Shown: positions 36,366 to 49,884, counted from the stretch's first letter. The stretch: 64,000 bases of DNA from Mobula hypostoma (GCF_963921235.1 NC_086098.1:2666001-2730000), one strand, 5' to 3'. Numbers and translations: made by a program. Notes: a model not told the origin generated them from the letters alone.

Positions 36366-38317
36366 ACAACTATGAACAACTATGCCGTGGTACATATAGG
36401 TACCTAAGACATAGATAGGAAAAGGGAAGAGGTCCTGAAAGGAGAATATAGGGAGTTAGGAAGGGAGTTGAGAAGAACGACCGCAAAGGTGGTGATCTCA
36501 GGATTACTGCCTGTGCCACGCGACAGTGAGAGTAGGAATGGAATGAGGTGGAGGATAAATGTGTGGCTGAGGGACTGGAACAGGGGACAGGGATTCAAGT
36601 TTCTGGATCATTGGGACCTCTTTTGGCGCAGGTGTGACCTGTACAAAAAGGACGGGTTACACTTGAATCCCAGGGGGACCAATATCCTGGCAGGGAGATT
36701 TGTGAAGGCTACTGGGGAGACTTTATACAAGAATGGTTGGGGGGTGTGAATCAAATTGAAGAGACTAGGAGAGAGGAGGTTAGTTCACAAATAGAGAAAG
36801 CTAGTAGACGGTGTGTGAGGGAGGATAGGCAGGGGACAGAGATCAGGAGCATTCAGACCAAAGATGTAGGGGAGAAGGAAGGAAAAGATAACAAAGTTGT
36901 TTGCACCATTAGGGATAAACAAAGAGTAAGAGGTGGAAAGTTTATTAAATGTATCTATTTTAATGCTAGGAGCATTGTAAGAAAGGTGGATGAGCTTAGA
37001 ACATGGATTGATACCTGGAAATATGATGTTGTAGCTATTAGTGAAATATGGTTGCAGGAAGGGTATGATTGGCAACTAAATATTCCTGGATTTCGTTGCT
37101 TCAGGTGTGATAGAATCGGAGGGGCAAGAGGGGGAGGTGTTGCATTGCTTGTCAGAGAAAATATTACAGCAGTGCTTTGGCAGGGTAGATTAGAAGACTC
37201 ATCCAGGGAGGCTATTTGGGTGGAATTGAGGAATGGGAAAGGTGTAGTAATGCTTATAGGGGTGTATTATAGACCACCTAACGGGGAGCAAGAATTGGAG
37301 GAGCAAATTAGTAAGGAGATAGCAGATATTTGTAGTAAGCACAAGGTTGTGTTTGTGGGAGATTTTAATTTTCCACACATAGACTGGGAAGCCCATTCTG
37401 TCAAAGGCTGGGTGTTTTGGAGTTTGTAAAATGTGTGCAAGATAGTTTTTTGCAGCAATACATATTGGTACCAACTAGAGAAGGGGCAGTGTTGGATCTC
37501 CTGTTAGGGAATGAGATAGGTCAGGTGAAGTTGGTATGATTGGAGAAAGGCTAACTTTGAGGAGATGCGAAAGGATTTAGAAGGAGTGGATTGGGACAAT
37601 TTGTTTTATGGGAAGGATGTAATAGAGAAATGGAGGTCATTTAAAGGTGAAATTTTGAGGGTACAGAATCTTTATGTTCCTGTTAGGTTGAAAGGAAAGG
37701 TTAAAAGTTTGAGAGAGCCATGGTTTTCAAAGGATATTGGAAATTTGGTTCCGAAAAAGAGAAAGATCTACAATAAATATAGGCAGCTTGGAATAAATGA
37801 GGTGCCCAAGGAATATAAAGAATGTAAAAAGAATCTTAAGAAAGAAATTAGGAAAGCTAAAAGAAGATATGAGGTTGCTTTGGCAAGTAAGGTGAAAATA
37901 AATCCCAAGGGTTTCTACCGTTATATTAATAGCAAAAGGATAGTGAGGGATAAAATTTGTCCCTTAGAGAATCAGAGTGGACGGCTATGTGCGGAGCCAA
38001 AAGAGATGGGGGAGATTTTGAACAATTTCTTTTCTTCGGTATTCACTAAGGAGAAGGATATTGAATTGTGTAAGGTCAGGGAAACAAATAGGGTAGTTAT
38101 GGAAACTATAATGATTAAAGAAGAGGAAGTACTGGCGCTTTTAAGGAATATAAAAGTGGATAAGTCTCCAGGTCCTGACAGGATATTCCCTAGGACCTTG
38201 AGGGATGTTAGTGTGGAAATAGCAGGGGCTCTGACAGAAATATTTCAAATGTCATTAGAAACGGGGATGGTGTCAGAGGATTGGCGTATTGTTCATGTTT
38301 TTCATGGTTATATGGTT
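36366..38317 (+). mobile_element. CR1 LINE with ORF1 SGNH esterase and ORF2 endonuclease, RT deleted
   Basis: ORF1 VVISGLLPVP...DLYKKDGLHLN; EN FNARSI, ISE.W, GGGVA, YRPP, GDFN; tail tggttatatggtt; TSD aactttc (36359-36365 and 38318-38324). Confidence 0.9.
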
Positions 38318-39864
38318 AACTTTCCATGCAGGACCTTGTCAAAAGCCTTTCTAAAATCCATATAGATAACATTCACCACCTTGCTTTCAACAATTTCCCT
38401 GATAACCTCCTTGGAAAACTCTTTAAGGTTGGTTAGTCATTACTTACCATGCACAGAGGCATGTTAACTAACCCTGAACTGTCCTTGTCTATCCAAATAT
38501 TTATATATCCAGTCCCTTAGAATACCTTCCCATAACCTTCCCAATCCTGATGTCAGGCATATAATTTCCTGGCTTATTCTTAGAGTCTTTCTTAAACAAT
38601 GAAACAATATTGGCTATCGTCCAATTCTCCAGCACCTCACCTGTGGCTAAGGATGGTTTAAATATCTCTGCTATGGTCCCTGCAATTTATGTTTCAGTCT
38701 CCTGTGGGGTCCAAGGAAGGATATTGTCCTGTCTGGTGATTTATCCACCTTGATTTGGCTCAACACAGCTAACACTTCCTCCTCAGCAATCTGTATAAGG
38801 TCCACGACCTCCCTGCTGATTACCTCACTTCTATAGACTCCTGAGTAAATACACTTTCTAAGAATTCATTTACAATCTCTCCCTTCTCTTTTAGTTCCAT
38901 GCATAGATTACCACTCTGGTCTTGCAGAGGACCAATCTTTTTCCTTGCTCTGAATATATCTGTGGAAGTCCTTCAGCTTCTCCTCCACCTTGCCTGCTAG
39001 GGCAACCTCATGTCTTCTTTTAACTCCCTTGCTTTCCTTCTTAAGTGTTCTCTTGCATTTCTTATACTCAGCAAGTAAGTAACTTTGTTCCTACCTGCCT
39101 GTACCTGCACAACTGCACCTCCTTGTTTTTCTTAACCAGGACCTCGTGACATGACAATCTTGATTTGACTTTTGACTAGGAGTTGCATTCAGCTACCCTG
39201 ACCTTCATACAAGTTCTGCCACTTAATCACAAGTACAAAAGACTCTGCAGGTGCTGGAAAAGTTCAGCAATGCTGGAGGAACGAATCAGGTCAGGCATCG
39301 TCTATGGATGGCAGCTACGCAACCGTTCTCCTGCAGACATATTGTTAATGTTTTCCTATTGATTATAGAATTGAGTGGGCTACTATCCTAATTTGGCTGC
39401 TGGTTTTCCTGGAAAAATGTAGAGGTTGGGACATTTCAGAGCATAGTTTCACTAAAGGAGTGATCTGATATTGGACCTACAAGTGTCAGAGAAAAAAAGT
39501 ATTAATTTTGTACTAACTGACGAACTTCAGAATGTGAGAGATAAAACATCACCCATGTACAACCTGCAAAAAATTGGTGCAAATTATCATTAAAATTTCA
39601 CTGTCTTACTAAGGTGCAATTATGCTTTAAATTTCTGAGCTCATTTGCACATAGCACATGTTAAAATCTTCTTTGAATCGGTGTAACATAATTGAACATA
39701 TTGATTTATTTTGTTCTTATAGTGTTGAAATATATTTCTTGTTTAAGAAGCAGCAGGCCAGAGTAGTTTTAGAAATAAGTTTGATAACAGGGCTACTACA
39801 AAAATAATTAAAGAAACAGTTTGCACAAATAGCAACCAGCTTTGGTAAGAAAAGGAGATGTTAT

Positions 39865-40330
39865 TTACTTGTTTGTTTGTTTAGAGTTGCAGCACGGAAC
39901 GGGCCCTTCTGGCCCAATGAGCCTTGCCTCCCAGTAACCTATTTATTTAGTCATAGTCATAGTCATAGTCATACTTTATTGCTTTTCATTACAGTTGCAC
40001 CATAAATAATTAAATAGTAATAAAACCATAAATAGTTAAATAGTAATATATAAATTATGCCAGGAAATAAGTTCATGACCAGCCTATTGGCTCAGGGTGT
40101 CTGACCCTCCAAGGGAGGAGTTGTAAAGTTTGATGGCCACAGGCAGGTTCCCTAGACTAATCACAGGGCAATTTACAACGGCCAATTAACTTACTAACTG
40201 GTGTGTCTTCGGACTGTGGGAGGAAGCTGGAAAACTGGGAGGAAACCCTCGTGTTCACGGGGAGGGCACTTACAAACTTCTTACAGAACTGAACACTGAA
40301 TCTGATGCCCCAAGTTGCAACGGTGTCATG
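39865..40330 (-). mobile_element. V-SINE interrupted by Rex1
   Basis: SINE tail 39870-39945, V-domain 40150-40290. Confidence 0.7.
39948..40147 (-). mobile_element. Rex1 (TATGAC)n family 3' end
   Basis: (agtcat)n tail; near-identical to 63540-63750. Confidence 0.85.
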
Positions 40331-40859
40331 CCACTGATTGAAATATCCTGCTAACAAATCTATTTTCCTTTCATTGTTTAGATGAAGTGGATGATGTTGT
40401 CAGAAATGCTAACTGTTGATTCCCCTCAATAAATACTGCCTGACCTGCTGAGTTCCTCCAGCTGTTTGTGTATGTTGCTCTCAATATTCAGCATCTGTAG
40501 AATCTCATGTACCTAGTAAACAATAATATAGCACTCTCCTCAGTTCATTCTTACAGGTTTTAGCTCTTTAAAGTAAAGTAATAACAGAAGTCAGTCTGTT
40601 CTGTGTTCATCTGAGAAAATCTCTCTTTAATTTGCATGGATTACAAATGGAGGAGCAAATTAGAATTGGACAGAGCAGTGACCTTCCTGTGAATATGGTG
40701 ACAATTAAAAATAAAGCTGGATTTTAATTCTTATTTAAGTTTGCAATGCAGATTGAATTGATTATGTATTTGACTTTTACTTTTTGGAGGCAATCAGTTT
40801 ATTTATTACTATTGTGAATCATTTACAAGTTTCACTGTTTACATATGTGACATCAGACA

Positions 40860-41210
40860 AACCAGATTCCTTCTCTCTCAGCCCTTTACCTTTTCCACCT
40901 ATCACCTCCCAGCTTCTTGCTTCATTGCCCCTCTGCCACCCACCCAGCTTCCCCCTCACCTGGTTCCACCTATCACCTCCTAGCTTCTTGCTTCATTGCC
41001 CCTCTGCCACCTATCACCTGCCGGCTTGTACTCCTTCACTTTCTTATTCCAGCTTCTACCACCTTCCTTTTCAGTCCTGATGAATGGTCGCAGCTTGAAA
41101 CATCAGACGTTTACTTCCCGCCATAGATGCTGCCTGACCTTCTGCGTTTTTTCAGCATTTTATGTGTATGTTACTCTGGATTTCCAGCATCCACAGAATC
41201 TCTTGTGTTT
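40860..41210 (+). mobile_element. Penelope-like 3' fragment with decayed hammerhead (41072-41110)
   Basis: cagtc CTGATGA atggtcgcagctt GAAA ca TC; downstream agatgctgcctgacc. Confidence 0.7.
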
Positions 41211-41789
41211 ATATTTGGCTCTTCACTTTTAAATTCTTTAAATAGCATTGCAAAGAAATTTATGTCTTTTAAATCTACCTGTATTTATATAATGTTGCTA
41301 GTTGTCTTTGAAATTTCAAACTGATTTAGTATTCAGGAACCCCACAATGAAACAAAATAGAGATCAGTGATTATTCTTTTGCAGAAAGGGTATTTATATA
41401 TATGGTGCGATATAATGTTGCTTTGGATTTCCTGCATCTGCATAATCTCTTGTGTTTATGTGCAAAGCAATGTTTCAAAGGGGGTGGGGAACAAACCCTC
41501 TTAATAATGGATGCAGGTTTGATTTCAACATTTATGAGAGGTCTGGATAAGCACATGGATATGGTTCGGGTGCAGGTCGATGGGACAACAGATTAATGGT
41601 TCAGCATAGACTAGATGGGCTGAAGAGCCTGCTTTAATGATATGGGTTTCTATAACTCTATGACTTCACTTCTAGCATTGAACTGTGGAATGGTTTGGGC
41701 ACTGGAAATGTATTCAATTACATCGGTAATTCCCAACCACTGAAATGAAAATAAAGCCTTTTCTACTCAATGCAATCTGAATGCTATTA

Positions 41790-42085
41790 TGTAGCATGAT
41801 AGCATAATGGCCAGCATAACGCTTTACAGTTCTAGTGACCCGGCTTCAATGCCTACTGAATTTGTACGGTGTCCCTGTGACTCCATGGACTTGCTGCAGG
41901 TGCTGCGGTTTCCTCTCACGTTCCAAAGGCGTACAGTTTAGGCTTATGTTAGCGTGGAAGCATGGAGACATTTGCAGCCAGCCCCCTGCACATTCTCGAA
42001 CTATGCTGGTCGTTAACACAAATGACATTTTTCACTGTGTGCTTCAATATTTGCTGTACATGTGACAAACAAAGCTAATCTTTGC
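41790..42085 (+). mobile_element. V-SINE with L2-like tail
   Basis: Degenerate V-domain; tail tacatgtgacaaacaaagctaatcttt. Confidence 0.6.
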
Positions 42086-43514
42086 AAAGAATAGCAGAAC
42101 TTTTAACTTCCTCTGGCTACATCATAAGCCCATTGCAGCTTTTCCGGTGTGGACTGTTTACTAAGAATGAGAGAGGGAATGAGAACCCCTTTCACTAAAC
42201 CTTCTCAGATGTGACTCTGGCCCTTTCCCAGGCTGCCCCAAAAACATCCTCGGACTATGTTGGTCTTTGACACAAGTGATCCTTTCAATTTTTCCGTGTA
42301 CATGCGACAAATAAAGCTTATCTTTAAGATATAAGATCAGGATTCAAGATAGTTTAATGCCATTTTGAGTACAGAATGGAAAGGCAAACAAGATAATTGT
42401 TACTCTGGATCCAATGCAGAATGAAAAAAAAAACACAATAAAATAACAATAAATGAAAATATATAAGATAGCTTGATTTTATGTCTATAAAGTGACGCAA
42501 GGCATAGGGAATGTCTACATAATATGACTCTGACAGGAAATGATAAAGTAGTGCTGGGGGTAGTCATGTTACCTTTCAATTATATTTTAAGCCAATCGGA
42601 CTGAAAACGAAGTAGAATGCCATTATGCTTGTAACACATACAGTATATGTGCTACCTGTGAGGTTCCGGTCTGTTCTTTGTGGGCCTTTCACCCCCCACC
42701 ATCCCAGTATTCATGGATCACTCATGTCAGTCCATCCTTTCAGAATTTGAAACTGTCTGCATATTCAGGTAGGTCACCAGGTGTGAAGAATGGTATTCCC
42801 TGTCTTAGCTATTCCTGTACACAATTCAGCTCACCCTGGAGATGGAAAGCTCGACCTAGATCTACTACACGTAACATGTGATACACCGAATATATTACTG
42901 AGCAACTTATTGTGTTAAAAAAAAGTTAAATAGTTCAAGGTCTACCGGCTCATTTATATTAATTATTTCATATATTTACATAAAGAAAATGAAACTGAGA
43001 CAGCGACGAAAGGGCAACCACTCAACATCTAGTTTGTATGTTTTAAATAGAACAGAATTATTAAGAGCTGATTATTAATTTATCTGTAGTAAGTCAAAGA
43101 TAAAGTAGAATAAATTAGTCATTAAATGAAAGATCAAGATCATGTTTAATTAAAAGACTTGAAATTCCACAACATCACAGCAAAATTATGCATGGTTATG
43201 TCATTTGTGTTGCCAGCAGCAACTAAATGGCCAATTTGTACAGTTCCAGTTTCCTGTCAATCAGGTTGGCGTGGTGACATCTGTGATGTGCTCCTTTCAT
43301 TTTCCCTACAGCAGTTCATGGCAAAGGAAGATGCCCTTCTTCTCCCTGACCCTCATTTATTCAATGTAGTGTGTCTGCTGGCAACCTCTGCGTCCTGTTC
43401 TGCATACATTCATTTGATAGTACTCAGAGTTGGCCTTGGCTCCCAACCCCTGAGCAGTACTGGACTATATCTATTACACCGGTGCACACAAAATTCCTAC
43501 AAGCAGTATTTGGA

Positions 43515-45980
43515 GTCATAGAATACTATAGCTCAGAAACAGGCCCTTGGGCCCATCTATCTCATGCTGAATCAGCATAGTCCCATTGACTGGAACTTGG
43601 ACAATACCTCTCCCATCCATGTAGTCATCCAAGCATCTCCTAAATGTTGAAATCGAATCCACTACTTCCACTCATAGCTTGTTCCATGCCATCACCACCT
43701 TCTGAGTGAAACATTTAAGACCATAAGACAGAGGAGCAGATTTAGGCCACTTGCCATCGAGTCTGTACTGCCATTTCATCATGGCTGATCCATTTTTCCC
43801 CACAGCCCCTAGATCCTGCCTTAGACCATAAGATCATAAGACATAGGAGCAGAATTAAGTCATTTGACCCATCAAGTCTGCTCCACCATTCAATCATGGC
43901 TGATCTTTTCTTCCCCTCCTCAGCCCCTCCCTCCGGCCTTCTCCCCATAATCTTTGATGCCATACCAAATCAAGAACCTATACTTTGCCTTAAATACTCC
44001 TAATGACCTAACCTCCACAGCTGCCTGTAGTAACAAATTCCACAAATTCACCACCCTCTGACTAAAGAATTTTTCCACATCTCTGTTTTAAATGGATTAT
44101 CTCTATCCTGAGGTTGTGCCCTCTTGTCCTAGACTCCCCCACAATGGGAAACATCCTGTCCACATCTATTCTGTCCAGGCCTTTCAACATTCAAAAGGAT
44201 TCAATGAGATTGCTGAATTCTTCTAAATTCCAGCGAGTACAGACCCAGACCTATCAAATGTTCTTTGTATGATTATGCTTTCATTCCCAGAATCATCCTT
44301 GTGAACCTCCTCTGAAACCTCTCCAAGGTCAGCACATCTCTTCTTAGCTGAGGAGTTCAAAACTGTTTACAATATCCTTATAAAGTGACTTATAAAGCCT
44401 TAGCATTATATCCTTGCTCTTGTATTGTAGACCTCTTGAAAAGAATGCTAACATTGCATTTGCCTTCCTTACAACTGATTCTACCTGGTAGTTAAAATTT
44501 AGGGTGTTCTGCATAAGGACTCTCAAGTCCTTTTGCATCTCAGATTTTTCGATTTTCTTCCCATTTAGAAAATAGTCCACACATTTATTTCTACTACCAA
44601 AGTGCATGACCATGCATTTTCCAACATTGTATTTCTTCTGTCGCTTTCTTGCCCATTCTGCTAATCTGTCTAAGTCTTTCTGTGGCCTTATCTCTGTATC
44701 CCTTCATGCCCTGACCAATCAAAACTCTATCAACATCTACCTTAAATGTACATACAGACTTGATCTCTACAGATGTCTGTGGCAAAGAACTCCACAGATT
44801 CACCACTTTCTAATAAAAAAAAAGGTTCTTCCTTGTCTCCATTCTAGAAGGATGCCCCTCTATTCTGAGGCTATTTCTTCTGGTCTTAGACTCTCCACCG
44901 CATGAAACATGATCACCACATCCACTCTATTGAGTTCTTCCAACATTCAATAGGTTTCAATAAGGTCACCCCTCATTCTTCCAAATTCCAGTGAATACAG
45001 GCCCAGAGACATCAAACACTCTCATAGTCAAGTCTTTCAATCCTGAAATCATTTTCTCGAACATCCTTTGAACCCTCTCCAGTTTCAGCATATCCTTTCT
45101 AAGATAAGAGGCCCAAAACTGCTCACAATACTTCAAGTGAGGCCTCACCAGTGCTTTGTAAAGTCTCAAAAGTACATCCTTGCTTTTCTATTCCAGTCCT
45201 CTTGAAATGAATGCTAACATCACATTTGCCTTACTCACCACAGACTCAATCTGCAAATTAAACTTTAGGGAATCCTGCACAAAGACTACCTGGCACTTCC
45301 TTGCCTATTCTCCCTTGCCCATTCTCCCGATTTGTCTAAGTCCTTCTGTAGCATCTCTACTTCCTCAAAACTACCTACCCCCCACCTATCTTTGTATCAT
45401 CCGCAAACTTTGCCACAAAACCATCAATTCCGTTATCTAAGTCATTGACGTATAACGTAAAAAGAAGTGGTCTCAACACAAACCCCTGTGGAAAACCACT
45501 GGTCACCAGCAGCCATCCAGTAAAGGCTTCCTTTGTTCCCACTCTTTGCCTGTAGCAATCAGTCACTGCTTTATCCATGCTAGAATCTTTCCAGTAATAT
45601 CATGGGCTCTCACCTTGTTAAGCAGCCTTATATGGGACACTTTGTCAAAGGTCTTCTGAAAATTCAAATACACAACATCAAATGATTCTCCTTTATCTAT
45701 CCTGCTTGTTATTTCTTTAAAGACTTCCAATAAGTTTGTTGGACTAGATTCTTCCTTGAGGAAATCATAGTGACAACAGCCCTTTTAATCATGTACCTTC
45801 AAGTTTTTTGGAGTTGTATCCTGAACAATTGACTCCACCATCTTCCCAACCACTGAGGTCAGTAACCGACCTATATTTACCTTTCTTCTACCTCTCTCCC
45901 TTGTTGAAGAGTGGAGTGTCATTTCCAAATTTCCATTCCTCTGGAACCATTCCATAATTAATTGATTCATCAGTCTCATG
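43515..45980 (-). mobile_element. Stack of nested CR1 LINE fragments
   Basis: Tails at about 43516, 43717 and 43822; RT ORFs 44344-44613, 44966-45169, 45375-45578 (KFADDTKIGG). Confidence 0.85.
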
Positions 45981-46241
45981 TTTCTTTAAACATTTCATCT
46001 TTTGTGATTAACCCATGACTTCTAGATCTAGTCTCACCCAACCTCAGTGAAAAAGCATGCTTGCATTTACCTTATCTATATTCTTCATAACGTTGTATAT
46101 CTCTATCAAATCTCTCCTCATTCTTTTATGCTCTAGGGTGTAAGTCCTAACAAATTCATCCTTTTTCTAGAGTCCAGCCCTCAAGTCCCTGCAACATCCT
46201 TGTAAACATTCTTGGTACACTTTCAATGTATTTGTGTCTTT

Positions 46242-47850
46242 ACTGAGGCTGTCTACAAGAAGGATCAGAGCCGTCTCTATTTCCTGAGGAGACTGAGGTC
46301 CTTTAACATCTGCCGGACGATGCTGAGGATGTTCTACGAGTCTGTGGTGGCCAGTGCTATCATGTTTGCTGTTGTGTGCTGGGGCAGCAGGCTGAGGGTA
46401 GCAGACACCAACAGAATCAACAATCTCATTTGTAAGGCCAGTGATGTTGTGGGGATGGAACTGAACTCTCTGATGGTGGTGTTTGAAAAGAGGATGCTGT
46501 CTAAGTTGCATGCCATCTTGGACAATGTCTCCCATCCACTACATAATGTACTGGGTGGGCACAGGAGTACATTCAGCCAGAGACTCATTCCACCGAGATG
46601 CAACACAGAGCGTCATAGGAAGTCATTCCTGCCTGTGGCCATCAAACTTTACAACTCCTCCCTTGGAGGGTCAGACACCCTGTGCCAATAGGCTGGTCCT
46701 GGATTTATTTCCTGGCATAATTTACATATTACTATTTAACAATTTATGGTTTTATTACTATTTAATTATTTATGGTGCAACTGTAACATAGAAACATAGA
46801 AACATAGAAACATAGAAAATAGGTGCAGGAGTAGGCCATTCGGCCCTTCGAGCCTGCACCGCCATTTATTATGATCATGGCTGATCATCCAACTCAGAAC
46901 CCAGCCTTCCCTCCATACCCCCTGACCCCTGTAGCCACAAGGGCCATATCTAACTTCCTTTTAAACATAGCTAATGAACTGGCCTCAACAGTTTGCTGTG
47001 GCAGAGAATTCCACAGATTCACCACTCTCTGTGTGAAGAAGTTTTTCCTAACCTCGGTCCTAAAAGGCTTCCCCTCTATCCTCAAACTGTGACCCCTCGT
47101 TCTAGACCTCCCCAACATCGGGAACAATCTTCCCGCATCTAGCCTGTCCAATCCCTTTAGGATCTTATACGTTTCAATCAGATCCCCCCTCAATCTTCTA
47201 AATTCCAACGAGTACAAGCCCAGTTCATCCAGTCTTTCTTCATATGAAAGACCTGCCATCCCAGGAATCAATCTGGTGAACCTTCTTTGTACTCCCTCTA
47301 TGGCAAAGATGTCTTTCCTCAGATTAGGGGACCAAAACTGCACACAATACTCCAGGTGTGGTCTCACCAAGGCCTTGTACAACTGCAGTAGTACCTCCCT
47401 GCTCCTGTACTCGAATCCTCTCGCTATAAATGCCAGCATACCGTTCGCCTTTTTCACCGCCTGCTGTACCTGCATGCCCACTTTCAATGACTGGTGTATA
47501 ATGACACCCAGGTCTCGTTGCACCTCCCCTTTTCCTAATCGGCCACCATTCAGATAATAATCTGTTTTCCTATTTTTGCCACCAAAGTGGATAACTTCAC
47601 ATTTATCCACATTAAATTGCATCTGCCATGAGTTTGCCCACTCACCCAACCTATCCAAGTCACCCTGCATCCTCTTAGCATCCTCCTCACTGCTAACACT
47701 GCCACCCAGCTTTGTGTCATCCGCAAACTTGGAGATGCTGCATTTAATTCCCTCATCCAAGTCATTAATATATATTGTAAACAACTGGGGTCCCAGCACT
47801 GAGCCTTGCGGTACCCCCGGGATCAATAAAGTATGACTATGACTATGACT
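46242..47850 (+). mobile_element. Rex1 (TATGAC)n family, interrupted by young CR1
   Basis: TEAVYKK.QSRLYFLRRLRSFNIC...; 3' UTR resumes ccccgggatcaataaagtatgact at about 47815. Confidence 0.9.
46787..47816 (-). mobile_element. Young 5'-truncated CR1 LINE, same family as 33948-35186
   Basis: 310-aa open RT ORF nearly identical to 34046-35236; (catagaaa)n tail. Confidence 0.95.
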
Positions 47851-48854
47851 TTCCTGTAGGTGGGTGACCAGAACTGCACTCGCTACTCTGAATTAGTCCT
47901 CAATGACATCTTATACAACTTAAATATAACATCACAATACCTGTACTTAATATGTTCTACACTCCAGGAGTTCCTAGCTGTATTGGAATGGGGAGTCACG
48001 GAATACAAAGCACATGTAGGATTTTCTCTTCTTCTTAGTTGTTACTGGAGCTGAAGGATGAATGATGTTCATTCCATTTCTGTGGGTTCTGACATAGTTG
48101 ATGAGGGCTTTGTAGAATCCACAGGTTCATTTAAAGATATTTACATTAGGCAGATGCCTCTCAAAGTCCAATCTACATCCTCGTCATGAGAGGTGGAGGA
48201 GGGCAAGGCCAGCTAACATGGCTCTGGAGAAGCTGCATAGGCCAATCCCCGTACCATGAATGCAATGGATTACAGAAACAGTGATTAACTCTAATCTTAC
48301 CATCCACTTTGCACAGGATGATGGAGATGGGAGGTCACTGATGGCCAATGCTCCACTGGGAGCTCAGGGCGCAAGAAGACATTAAGGACATTTAAGAAAC
48401 TTTTATATAGGCACATCACTGATAGGAAGATGGAGGGCTATGTGGAAAGGAAGGGTTATGTTGATCTTAGAGTAGATGAAAAGGTTGACGAAACATTGTG
48501 CACTAAAGGGACTAAACTGTGGTGTATACGTTATGTTCTGTATTCCAAGATTTTTAAATCTATTCTCTGATTTCTGCTGTAGTGCGTTATGTTGGTAGAC
48601 TTGACAGAATGCCCATGTTTTTCATGTGTTTATTTTACAAATATTGAAGCAGGGAAATCCTGATTTTTCTTATGCGTTTAATTTTGTCTTTCCTCTCAGC
48701 CAATGCACTCAAAGTAGGAAACAAGCTTTCACAATGTGGGGATTTCTTCTGTTTCTATCATGTTTGACTAGGTGAGTTAGGTGGTGTTTAACAGGGTAGA
48801 TATGTTTGTACATGGGAGTTGTTGGGTTTCTTCTAATAGTATTGTTTGGCTTTT

Positions 48855-49252
48855 ACTCATTAATGCAAGTATCTAATCAGCCAATCATATGGTAGCAATT
48901 CAATGCATAAAAGCACGCAGACATGGTCAAGAGTTTCAGTTGTTCAGACCAAACATCAGAGTGGTGAAGAAATGTGATCTAAGTGACTTTGACCATCAAA
49001 TGATTGTTAGTGCCAGACAGGGTGGTCTGAGTATCTCTGAAATTGCTGAGCATCTTGGATTTTCACACACAAAGGTGACAGTAACTCAAATAACCACACG
49101 TTACAACAGTGGTGTGCAGAAGAGCATCTCTGAATGCACAGCATGTCAAAGCTTGATGTGGATGGGCTACAGCTAGATGAAGACCATAAATGTACACTCT
49201 GTGATACTGTTTTTTTTATCTACAGGAGACAGTTAATAAAGTGGCCTAAGTG
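48855..49252 (+). mobile_element. Non-autonomous Tc1 (family B)
   Basis: DLSDFDHQMIVSARQGGLSISEIAEHLGFSHT; degenerate terminal mini unit 49195-49252. Confidence 0.8.
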
Positions 49253-49759
49253 TATATTTCCAGCAAAACTCTACGATGTTCATGTCACCTTGACAGAAGA
49301 TTCCACTCTTTTTTAGGATGATCAGGATGGAATGGCAGAAATTCCCACAACTGGAGAAATTGTAATATATTTACAAGGTGGCTTTGAAAAGTTCTTCGAA
49401 TTTTTTGACCATCCAATTGAATTGATGTTTAGAATTGCTACTTTTCTTGTAACTTATCTTTCCTATGTTTGCTTGTATTTTTCTATAATCACTGAGATAA
49501 ATATTTCAGTGGATGTTCCAGTTACTTGCTCCGTATTTTTCAAGGAACATCTTATTTGTCTGTAGCGGGTTTCAAGCTGCTTGAATCTGGCTGTCAGATA
49601 GATTAATTGTTATCACTGGACTCACATGAAGTAGACCATCTCTTGATGGGCAGGGTCCACAATGTGACTCAGATAGCAGATCCCTGACCACCGAGAAAAA
49701 GTGGTTGAAAGTAAACATGGTATTGGCAGCAGAGAAGGAAAGACTGGGCAGTAAAGGTC

Positions 49760-49880
49760 TTGAAGAAGGTCTCAGCCCAAAATGTTGACTGTTTATTTCC
49801 CCTATACATGATGCCTGACCTGCTGAGTTCCTCCAGCATTTTGTGTGCGCTACTCTGGATTTCCAGCATCTCGTGTTTTT
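49760..49880 (+). mobile_element. Penelope terminal module with decayed hammerhead
   Basis: gtcttgaagaaggtctcagcccaaaatgttgactg...gcctgacctgctgagttcctccagc. Confidence 0.65.
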
Positions 49881-49884
49881 GAAG

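Larger units (their letters stand above)
32575..39145 (-). mobile_element. Old CR1 LINE in three pieces (32575-32960, 36005-36365, 38318-39145)
   Basis: Collinear RT fragments on the minus strand separated by two younger plus-strand CR1 insertions. Confidence 0.75.
45980..47950 (-). mobile_element. Old CR1 fragment hosting Rex1 and a young CR1
   Basis: CR1 sequence 45990-46240 resumes at 47851 (ttcctgtaggtgggtgaccagaactgcac). Confidence 0.75.

Noticed and set aside
36468..36749. Stand-alone GDSL/SGNH esterase gene
   Set aside because: It is CR1 ORF1, directly upstream of the ORF2 endonuclease.
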